DNA of 64,000 nucleotides, taken from NCBI GenBank assembly GCA_964016885.1, contig OZ024758.1:3844001-3908000 (forward strand), read 5' to 3'. Under the pieces are notes generated by a model. It was given only the letters and a program-made list of their open reading frames with translations. It did not search any database and had not been told where the DNA came from. Each line of letters starts with the position of its first letter. Position 1 is the stretch's first letter. This document shows, piece by piece, positions 53,385 to 64,000 of the stretch. This stretch comes from Eledone cirrhosa (lineage: Eukaryota). The position numbers and the translations under genes were made by a program.

Positions 53385-54960
53385 ACATGACATTTAATTG
53401 TGTCATTCTTAATCAATGTTTCTGTTATTTCTTTATTTATTAGAGTTTCTAAGATAGTAGCCATGACACTTGTAATAATTCCCATTCTGGTTACATTGAC
53501 ATGGGTAGTGTTCAGTTGAATCTGATGCTTGTTAGAATTTACAGAACGAATGAGAAGTACAAGGAGACAGGTTAAAGACGAGGTTAGGTGCTTTCCAAAG
53601 ATCCAGGCCATCTGGTATAGACGATTCAACTAGAGAATACCGCCTCTTTTAACATCTGTTGTTGAATTTCATCCTCCCCAAGGCTTTGCCACATTTGCAC
53701 GTTTTAGAATCAGTGATGACCTTAACCTCACAGATGCACCTCACGTACGTCTACAGATGTTGTGACTGGAATTAAGAGAACAGCAAATTATTATCTTGAT
53801 CTCCCCAATTTTCCTCAGAGAGTAAGAACTTCAGTGGAGTTCTGATAGCAGGCGTCGAAGTGAAATTCTTATTACGATGTTGGTGGATAGTCTTGCAGAA
53901 TGCTTTATTTGCTGTTCAAAGACAGATTACAGCCAAACTATAAGGATTTTCCGTGTCTAAACATTGAAATCCGTTAACGTTTCTGCTGCGACTTCCAGGC
54001 CTGCTTGTAACATGAGTGCAAGAGGGAAGATTTGTTTAAAAGTCTATCTTTGTAAGCGTCCCTCTTTGCTTGTAAAACATATTTAGCCTCTTGATTAAAC
54101 CAGAAACTCCTCCTAACAACAGCACCACGCAAAGCCAATTTTGCTCGTGTCATTTAATAGCTGAAGCGAAAACCAACAATCGGGTGTGATAATCCAAATT
54201 TTCAAATAAAGGAGAACAAACGAGATGGCTCTAATTTAGAGGAATTTTCTTGTTAAACTTCTCGGTAATGTCTATGCTGAGTTCCTATCAAAAGATGCTC
54301 ATTCTTAAATATGGTCCTGAAACATTTGTGATGACAGAAAGTATAGGATCATGGATGCAAGAGGCCGATATGGGTTCCCTCTGAAAGAGGAGTAACGCTA
54401 CTTGATAGGTTGCGTGGCTCGGATGTCAAGGAGTCATTCTTTGTCGGGCTGATACTTCTCCACACGAAGGAGGTGGTGGGGTCAGATATGTGGTCGTACA
54501 GACATGTGGTTAGAATATTTAAAGAATGAGTCATGAGTAACTGAGCGAAGAAGGAAGTGAAGATGGAGAAACTGCTATTTTCTTTAAGATGTTTGGAAGA
54601 CGAATGTGGGTAGTTCACATACATTATATATTATGAGACATGGAAGAGTAAGTATATTGGCCGTGTGTGGGTAGAAGGACTTGAAGCCTTGTTTGTTTAC
54701 ATATACTGACATCATTGTACTTGCTATAGAAGTGGCTGAAACATGAAATATATATATGATTCATAAGTGAGACCTCTTGTTGGTAATTGTTGTCTAAGTA
54801 TTTTAGTTTCCATTAAGTGAGTATTGAGTGAGGAGATGCAGCATGTCATAATAGAAACGTAGTCGTAATTGAATCTTTAAGTTGGTGATTGAGGTTAGTT
54901 TCCCACAGAGTATGTCAAGATGTAAATGATGTTTTATGTTGTGTGAGTTCTTGTTTTAGT
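53385..54960 (-). pseudogene. Decayed LINE ORF2 (CR1/L2/Jockey type) in at least two pieces
   Basis: ITSVMATILETLINKEITETLIKNDTI (cf. RPISLTSVxxKxxExIIN), FWFNQE (cf. PWFN) and KSFYPHTANI (cf. SFFPRTxxxWN). Confidence 0.6.
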
Positions 54961-55269
54961 AGGCGAGTACTTGTTATGACGACTAAATCTTTGTAGTTTT
55001 GAATGAGATTTTACATTTATGAGTCAGTCGTTCTTTAGATAAACAAACTGTTTTTTTGAATGAAATTTTGCGGAGGTGAATTTTTTTTGTTGCTCTGCAA
55101 TTCCCTTCCCGCATCTCTTGCGTAAATACATTTTCATCTTTCATTTTAATTCCCACTTTCAGATTTTCCGTCAATATTAATATGTCAGAGAATTATGATG
55201 AATCTCTATTTAGGTTTGCTTTACTTTATATATTTGCATCTATACTAACCAATCTGCTCTTCACACATG

Positions 55270-55317
<48 letters not shown>

Positions 55318-55355
55318 GTATGTGTGTTTGTATATATATATATATATATATATAT

Positions 55356-55412
55356 GCACAAGGCCAGTAATTTGGGGGGAGGGGAAGTCTATTAAATCGA
55401 ACCCAGTGCGCT
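55356..55412 (-). mobile_element. SINE B long-variant 3' fragment
   Basis: gcacaaggccagtaatttgggggaggggaagtctattaaatcgaacccagtgc. Confidence 0.75.
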
Positions 55413-55924
55413 ATTGCTGTTGATGAGGATGCTGGTGGAGATGATGTTTGACATGTGTATATTAATATTTCGAGCAAATTCCCTTCTTCAAATTTGTGCT
55501 CATGTCTGATTTTTCATTTACTGCCAAAATAAACTTCGAATATAACATATAACTCGCAAGTCACTGCCCAATAAAAACAAAAAACATTAGAGTATTATTT
55601 TGGTTAAATAAATTATTTGTTTTTGGTAGTTTCAATACCTTCTGAGATATGGGAAGCAATCGATACGAATGATATTAGAAGTGGACATATATTTTGAATT
55701 AATCTCGAGATTACGCTGTAGACTACCTATTCACAATATCAGCACAATATCATAGATTATTTTTTATATATTATACGTAATATTTTATTGCAGCGGATTT
55801 TATTGTGTTCAATATTATGTTAGGATTTCAGTATAAATACTTCAACGAATTCTTTTATGTTTTAATATTATTGCATATAGGTTTTGAAAAGTATCTTTAT
55901 CTAAATTGTATTAGAAATATTGAT

Positions 55925-56357
55925 TTAAGGTTTAGGCACACGGCTAACAATTTGGTGGGTGTGGAAAGTCGATTGAATCGACTCCTGTGCATTACTGGTA
56001 CTTTATTTTATCGACCTCGTAAGGAAGAAAGACAAAGTTAACCTTGGCGGGATTTGAACTCAGAGCATAAAGGGCCGTAACTCTTTGCTGCAATGCATGG
56101 CGTCTGACCCTCTACCGGTACTGCCAATCCACCGCCCGTTTATAATAATAATAACAAATAATAATAATAATAATAATAAATAATTTGTTCTACATTTGGC
56201 ACAAGGCCAGCAATTACCCAGTACGTTACTGGTACTTTATTTTATTGACCCCGTAAGGATGAAGGGCAAATTAAACTCGGCAGGATTTGAACTCAGATCG
56301 TAAGGGGACGTAACTATGCTGGAAAGCATGTCCGACCCTCTACCGATACTGCCAAAT
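55925..56357 (-). mobile_element. Two tandem full-length SINE B copies (long 55925-56138, short 56178-56357)
   Basis: Both carry the Meta-like domain, gatttgaactcag and the ctctaccg(a/g)tactgccaa head; separated by (TAA)n. Confidence 0.9.
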
Positions 56358-56799
56358 AACGACATATAACATATCATATATAAAATATAGTACATTATAA
56401 CATCACATATAGAAAATAGATATAATGATACAAAAATGAAACCATAATGTCAATGGAAATTCAAAGCATAAATATAGAAATAATAGAAAGAATATGAATA
56501 TAAAAACATTGGTGAATAATAGGGTGTAAAACAGAGTAAAATAAAATAATATAAACAAACAGAAATAAGGCTTCATTTCTCCTCTGTCCTCGTTAAGCAA
56601 ATATGTCAGTTTTTGTAGTTTTAAATTATGTTTCTTTCCATTTTTTTTTACTGTAAACTGTGATATTCTGTTGGCACAAGGAAGGCAGTTCTGATCAATA
56701 ATGTTTTATTCTGATATAGTTTACTGTTGGCTGCAGAAATATTCTCAACTAGTTGGGTAAACACAGATGTATCAATAATAGTGAGGAATAATATTAATG

Positions 56800-57345
56800 G
56801 TTAATCATCATCACCAGAAGCATCAGTATCAGCACCAGCAGTGGTATTATCATCATCATCATCATCATAATCATCATAATTATCATCTTGATCATCAGAA
56901 TCGTTATCATCATATTCACCATAATTATTATCATATCATCATCATCATTATCATCATCATCATCTCCAGTTATCATCATCATCATTATCATTATCATCTC
57001 CACAAGCAACACTCCCATCATCATCATCACCATAATCATCATCATTATCATTATCATCTACACGACCCTCAACATTCTCATCATCACCATAATCATAATT
57101 TTTATCATGATCATCATCATCGTCGTCACCACCACCATCATCATCGTCACCACCACCATCATCATTATCATCGTCGTCACCACCACCATCATCATTATCA
57201 TCGTCGTCACCACCGCCATCATCATCACCATAATCATCATCACCATAATCATCATCATCGTCATCATCATCACGGTTATCATCCTTATCATCGTTATCAC
57301 CACCATCATCACCACCATCAACACTATCATCATCATGATAATGTC
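56800..57345. repeat. Cryptic (CAT/CAC)n repeat
   Basis: The poly-His/Ile ORFs are artefacts of the repeat. Confidence 0.93.
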
Positions 57346-57796
57346 GGAGGTGACGATAACGATGAAAGATGGCGATAAAGTAGTTGGTGTTGATGATAAT
57401 GAAGATGGCGGCGGGGTGTGGTGTAGGTGGAAGTGTTGCTAACTCTGGTGATGGTAATTATGATGATGATGGTGATGATCATGATTAATAATAATATGCA
57501 TTAAAAAGCTAGCAGTATCTATCAGACACTGAAATAATAATGATCTACTTGATGATGGTAACAACAACAACAACACCAATAATGGCAATATTAGCCACCA
57601 TGATGCTGCTGTAGGTGCTGACGGTGATGATGATGATGAAGAAAATATAACATTTAGAAAATATTAAGACACCAATCACTCGTTTAATATATCTTTCTCA
57701 TTGAGTGGGGTACACACAATTTCATATATACACATATACAGCCATCCGCACACATGACATATATTCACATGTACCACCCAGTCAAACACACATACA

Positions 57797-57804
57797 CACG
57801 CAAT

Positions 57805-57836
<32 letters not shown>

Positions 57837-57938
57837 CAATGATAGACAATCACACACAATTACATATATATATATACACATACAATCATACACAAACACA
57901 CACAATTATATATATATATAATCATACACACAAACACA

Positions 57939-57993
<55 letters not shown>

Positions 57994-58145
57994 TATACAC
58001 ATACAATGATAGACAATCACACACACAATTACATACATATACACATACAATCATACACAAATACACACAATTATATATATATATAATCATACACACACAC
58101 ACAATTATATATATATATTTATATATATATATATATAATCACACA
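57797..58145. repeat. Tandem duplication of about 180 bp of CA/TA-rich sequence
   Basis: cacatacaatgatagacaatcacacac occurs at about 57831 and 57998 with the same downstream text. Confidence 0.75.
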
Positions 58146-59464
58146 TACCAGCCCCTAGACAATCACACATACACGGACTTACTCTCATACCAATACTATC
58201 ATCATCATCACCACCACAAACTCCACCCTTACAGTAATAATTAATACAACCACAGAAACAAACGAATACAATATATTATAACTACTACGATAGGTATTGG
58301 AAGCTGAGTAACAGCGAAGCCATTAAAATATATTTCCTAACTTTTATTCACGATCGACCGCCTAATTGTGATCGATGACAAATGATACTATACAGATATT
58401 TATTTTCATCGATGTTTCACTGTAGTGTTTCTTTCCGTTTTGATTTCGAATTTCTGTGAGGTTGACAGAGTTCTCATCGAAGTGGAATTTGTTAAAATAC
58501 AAGCCAATACGGATACATTCTGACTTCTAGTTCCAATAATATCACAGGTACCTTCCATCAACTCGAGTCGAAAGAGAAATAGACCTAATTATGTAAGAGT
58601 CAATTTATTTGGCCGGATTTTAAAAGCCGTTGGAGAATCTTTTAAAATACCTGGCGGTAATCTTTTCGTTTTTCAATCTCAGGTTTCCAATAAGACCAAG
58701 ATCAATCTTGGCTTTTATCCTCCCATAATCGATACATGATGTATCAGTAAAGTACAGTGTCGATTCTTCTCTATCTTCCTCTCCCATATATCTCCACCTC
58801 TCTCTCTCTCTCTCTCTCTTTGGATTGGCTGCGTGGAGCCCTGCGAAGCATCGTCAAGGGCCACTCCAGAAATGATGAAGGGTTAGTCGAGAGAGGGTGT
58901 GGCAATCCCATCTAATAGAATAAAATAAACTGATATCTTCTGGAACCATCAAAGAACATCTGAACATTATTTACGAATTAATATTTGTTTTCATGTTATT
59001 TATTAATAACATTGTGTTTTCCTACATCACTTCCCGTGAAGTAACCCAGGTATTTTATCCATCAGGGGTCGAATAAAAATTACCAGTGCAGTACAGGAGT
59101 AGAGGTTTTATCTACACGTCTTTTTCGCTTCTTTTCTCTCACTCTTCCTTTCGTCTTCTCTGTAAGATATCAACAGAGATCACCCCTGAGGAGGTATACT
59201 CTCAACAACCCCTTCATGATTTAAGAGCTTACACATGCATATATAACCTGGTGGGTATAATGCTGATATTTTGAGAATGTCACGCTATCACGTAGTCGAC
59301 CACTCGTTGTTTAATGTTGGAAACAGTCTACATCATATATCATAAGATACTAATATCTTTTCAAAAGAAAGTGAAATGCAATTTATATCTCGTTAGATTT
59401 CTATTCAAGAATCTTATTTGTCATGCCATTATTAAAATCAACAACAAACAAATAAAATATATAA

Positions 59465-59756
59465 TAGGTAATAACATGTGCTTACGTCGTATTTGACTAA
59501 ACAAAATTAGTCTGTTAGTTGGGATTTAAAGAAACCCTCTGAATAGAAAAAAAGGATGAGTATTGTCGTACATGGGACAGGAACCCACATCTTTGGTTTG
59601 CCTGACCAATGTTTTACCAAACCAAAAATTAGGGCTCGTGTCCCATATACGTCAATACTCATCCTTTTCTTTTTCCATTCGGAGGGTTTTTTGAAATCCC
59701 AACTAAAAGACTAATGTTATTTAGTCAAATACGCCGTAAGCACATGCTACTACCTA
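59465..59756. mobile_element. Fold-back MITE-like element with a tRNA-like core
   Basis: Imperfect inverted arms of about 135 bp (taggtaataacatgtgcttacg... / ...cgtaagcacatgctactaccta) with a loop of about 15 nt; possible TA TSD. Confidence 0.85.
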
Positions 59757-61407
59757 ATTTTCAAATTCGCTAGCTGTTTGTAAACAAAGCATGCTTTGTG
59801 TCTCCCTATATATATACATGAGTGTAAAATAATTTTTAAAGATCTCAATTTGGATTAGAGTTATGTTATACATCTCGTCTGATGTGAAGTAATCCAAGAA
59901 CAATGTTTAAGAAATCTTATCGGATTTCCTACTCTGTAATTTTCTCAATGATTTATTAGTGTTAAGGAAATTGGCGTAATGGTAATCGGAGTATTTTGCT
60001 TTTGGTAAGAATTTTCACTTTTTCATTTGGCAGTTATATAAGAGTTGATGATGAATGAGTTTTAGGCGTCGGAGAAGATTGAAATTAAAAGAAAGATAAA
60101 AATTTCTCGGGATGTGTTCTAAAAAAACTGTTATCTAAACCTTATATAATTGGTATAGATAACATTCGAATAACAGAAAAAATATAACAGAAATATATAA
60201 CTAAAATAAATATAACTTAAGCAATGGTGATGTAATTATATTTTGTCTCTAGCAGCAGCTATAAAATGAGATATATGGTTGATCGGAACTGTCAATTTAT
60301 TATCAAATACCCAATTTTATGCATCTTTTGAAGTATTGCATAGTTTCCTAAAATCGGTGTGAAGCAAGATTTTATAGAAGCTGGCTTTTATATATTCTAT
60401 TGACAATTGGAAGCGAAGTTGATACCCAAAGCAAAATGCTAGCGGGATTCCAGATTTAAAAAAATAACTCTAAATCCGGCAAGTTAACCATTCGCTCTAA
60501 ACCTCTTCTATTTCCGCAATACACACTCTGTGCTATTTCGTGGCTTTTGTACAAGAATTACATAAACATAAATGGTATGTGAAACAAATGGTTTGTGTAT
60601 CTTGGTCTGATAGCTATAACAAAAGCAATCTGCCTAGCAGACCTGACAATATAACTCAGCAGTTAGAATACATTATTTTCCTAATTCAGCACATACCTTT
60701 TAACGATAATTTATAAATAAATATGGAAAAGGAATGTTCAATTATCAGCATAAACGAAAAGGGGTCCTTATATTTATAGAATTGTTCAGAAAGAGGAATC
60801 TACATCTACACTATATTTTATATTTATAACCCTCACCAGGATGAAAGCTAGAATCAATCTAGGTGGAAATCAAACTGAGAAGTTAAAAGGACAACATTAA
60901 TAACTGTTAATAATATTCTACGTCACTCTAGAGTTTATTCTCTTCTCGTTTTATCAGTTTTTCATGAGATGAACAAAATTTTAAATATTTATTACATGTT
61001 ATTGGATGTTACATCAGTAGAGCACTGGATAATGCGTCCTGGTGTGTTGATACGTGACCTTAGGTTCTGATTTCAAATGCTGCTAGAGAGGGAATGATGA
61101 ATCAAATATCAGTAAAATCCTGTTGTCTCGATGTAATAGACCGACCCTCCTTTCTCAAAATATATAATCTTCTACCCATGTTAGAAATGGATGCTACCTC
61201 GTTATATGTCGTCTTTATTGTTGTTTAATACAGGGTTGACGCCAACTGTGTTAAACTATGATCAAAAGACTTCCAACCACAGACATTCCATCTATATTTC
61301 TATACATTACTTCATTATCGATTTTCTTGTCTATAGACGACAGGAGGATATACGAGGGGGATTTGCCTCCTAACATTATCAACCCCATAAAGGCTCTATT
61401 ATTCAGT

Positions 61408-61810
61408 TTGGTGGTAGTAGTAGTGGTGGTGGTGGTGGTGGTGGTAGTTGTAGTGCTGGTGATGGCAGTGTTGGTGTTACTGTTGTTGATGGTGGTGGTG
61501 ATTGTAGTATTGGGGGTGTTGTTATTGGGGATGGTGGTACTGGCGATGGTGGTTGTAGTATAGGTGATGTTGGAGGTGTTATTGGTGGTGGTGGTGGTGG
61601 TGGAGATGTTATTGGTGGTGGTACTGGGGTTGATGGCATTTGTGGTTGTAGTATTGGTGGTGGTACTGGTGTTGATGGCATTGCTGGTTGAAGTATTGGT
61701 GGTGGTACTGGTGTTTGTAGTATTGGTGGTGGTGGTGGTGGTCGTCGTCCTGGAGTTGATGGTGGTGGTTGTATCAGTAGTAGTGTTGGTGGAAACTGTT
61801 GTGATGGAGG
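61408..61810. repeat. Cryptic (GGT/GTT/GTA)n repeat
   Basis: Direct inspection. Confidence 0.93.
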
Positions 61811-62164
61811 CTAACGAGGTGGAGGGGATTTTTGTGTCTGAACAGATTCTAAGAGAATATAGCAATTTATTAATGTTAAAAGCAAAATAAGTGTTTATCA
61901 TAAGATTAGCGCAAGTCCTCCCTTCTTACTGATTGACACTCAACTAATGGAATTCCTAAAGTGGTGTGGCAGAAGCAGGAACCGAAATAACGACTGCTGA
62001 ATGTAACATTCCTCCCAAATAAATGTTTAGGAACCGAAGATCGTTTCTTCATATAATAAAACATATAATATAAAATAAGATAAAATAAAATCTTACGTCA
62101 CAAATGAAACAAATAATTAATGGTTGGTTCTCGTCCTTAGAAATCATTACCATTTGATGTCAGA

Positions 62165-62558
62165 AATCATCGTCATCGTCTATCGTCGTCATCATCGTTA
62201 TCATCATCATTGGCATCATCATCATCATCATTATCATCGTCACCATCATCAACATCAACACCATCATCATCAACATCAACACCATCATCAACATCAACAC
62301 GATCATCAACATCAACACCATCATCAACATCAACACCACCATCAACACCATCACCATCATCACCATCACCACTATCAACACCATCATCATCATCATCATC
62401 ACAACCATCAACACCATCATCATCGTTATCATTATTATTACTATCATCATTATTATTATTATTATTATTGTCGCTGTTGTTATTTTTATTTTTCTTGGTT
62501 TGGTGCCAAAATCAGTAACAACCATTATTTTTTTTATTTTTTTTATTGTAGTTGTTGC

Positions 62559-62612
<54 letters not shown>

Positions 62613-63082
62613 CTCCTCCTCTCCCTCATCATTTTTATTATCATCATCATCATACTTATCATCACCACCCTCCTCCCCCTTATCATTTTATTCATCATCA
62701 TCATCATCCTTATCATCCTCATCATCATGTATCATCATCACCACCATCACCATCCTTATCATTACCACCATCACCACCATCATCATCACCATCATCACCA
62801 TCATCACCACCATCGTCATCCTTATCATCATCACCATCATCACCATCACGATCATCATCCTCATCACCATCACTACCATCACTATCATCACCACCATCAT
62901 CACCCTTATCATCATCATCATCATCACGATCACCATCACGATCATCATCACCATCATCACCATCGCCATCATCACCATCACCATAATCATTATCCTTATC
63001 ACCACCATCACCATCACCACCATCATCACCATCATCACCATCATCATCACCACGATCATCATCTTTATCATCATCGCCATCT
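62165..63082. repeat. (CAT/CAC)n repeats with a central (TTA)n
   Basis: Direct inspection. Confidence 0.95.
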
Positions 63083-63737
63083 TGTAAACTCAAATTGACA
63101 CCCAGTCATTGTCGATGTAGTAGTCCGGTTATAGTTTGTTTGTTCGTGCCAACAATGATACACGACTCTACATCGTTGCCTGATAATTTCAAATATTCGC
63201 TCGTTCAAGTCACTGTGATTAATTGGTCTCATTCCAGCCCTTGCCACATATAAATGGCGGTTGTCTGACGTGAAATGACGACTGCTCTATCACGTTGGCT
63301 TTTGTTTTCTTATTTGTAGGAAGAGAAACATTAAGATTACTGATATTATAGGAATCAGAACCTGTGGATGTGGAGTGGCAAAGTGGTTGAGGTGTATATT
63401 TCACGACCAACATGATGCAACACGAATCGCTGTGTAAAATTTCCCCGCATTGATATTTATTCCTGTAAGAATGTTCTTTGTCTAAAGCTACATACGTACA
63501 AAAACTATAAATAAGAGGCGTGGAATAGCATGGGGTAACCTATGTTGAATTCTTGCCAGTGTAAAGCATGAAATAAAGCCCTCAATGAGTGCCGTGTGCT
63601 CATAGTTACATTGAGGGTGGTGGTGCGAAAATTCAGCAAGGGATATTTTCATTTCTGTGACTATTTAGCTATGCTTATTTTCATTTTAGGCTGAATTTAG
63701 TTAAATATTTATCATATAAATGTCGGATGATATTAAA

Positions 63738-64000
63738 ATAATAATAATAATGAAATTATTGTGTACAGTGCTCAGGTGCACTACAACTCGTCAAAGGTGC
63801 ATGCATAGTACATAGAATAATGTACAAATATCAGGAAAGTGAACAATATCTGACTCATGCTATACATGTGTGCGCGTGTGTGGAGGGGCTATATCATGTG
63901 TAGTATTGGCGAATTTCAGGAAGCATGGACATTTTAAAAGATTTTAAAAGATGCTGTCTCTCCGCAGCAAACAACAGATGGCGGTAGTTTGTTCCATGCT
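63738..64000 (-). mobile_element. CR1/L2-type LINE 3' end running off the window
   Basis: Minus strand encodes AWNKLPPSVVCCGETASFK and later PEIRQYYT*, followed by a 3' UTR and a (TTA)n tail at 63738-63751. Confidence 0.75.

Noticed and set aside
58820-58925. GC-richer island with ATGATGA as a box C/D snoRNA
   Set aside because: No matching D box with a terminal stem; more likely a retroelement tail fragment
63973-63986. Second CTCF-like motif acaacagatggcgg
   Set aside because: Two consensus mismatches and it lies inside LINE coding sequence

Overview
This is very AT-rich animal DNA, intergenic or deep-intronic, and saturated with microsatellites. The repeat landscape resembles octopus (cephalopod) genomes; that assignment is inference. 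No intact protein-coding gene can be supported, and nearly all listed ORFs are translations of (TA)n, (CA)n, (CT)n, (CAT)n or (GGT)n repeats. The window holds two abundant tRNA-derived SINE families, one with a CORE-like domain and one with a Meta-like domain (the latter with short and long variants, TSDs and a nested antisense insertion), plus an older third dispersed repeat. It also holds hAT-, piggyBac- and Tc1/mariner-type MITEs and a transposase C-terminus, decayed CR1/L2/Jockey-type LINEs, a CRE-like retroelement 3' end and a Penelope-like (PLE) RT fragment. The most notable signal is a dozen or more short inserts in (TA)n tracts that carry minimal type I hammerhead ribozyme (HHR) motifs from at least three sequence families. 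One is apparently intact (7807-7872, minus strand). Many inserts are fold-back palindromes whose turn points coincide with HHR stem II or the predicted cleavage site. All calls were made by eye, without alignment or folding software.
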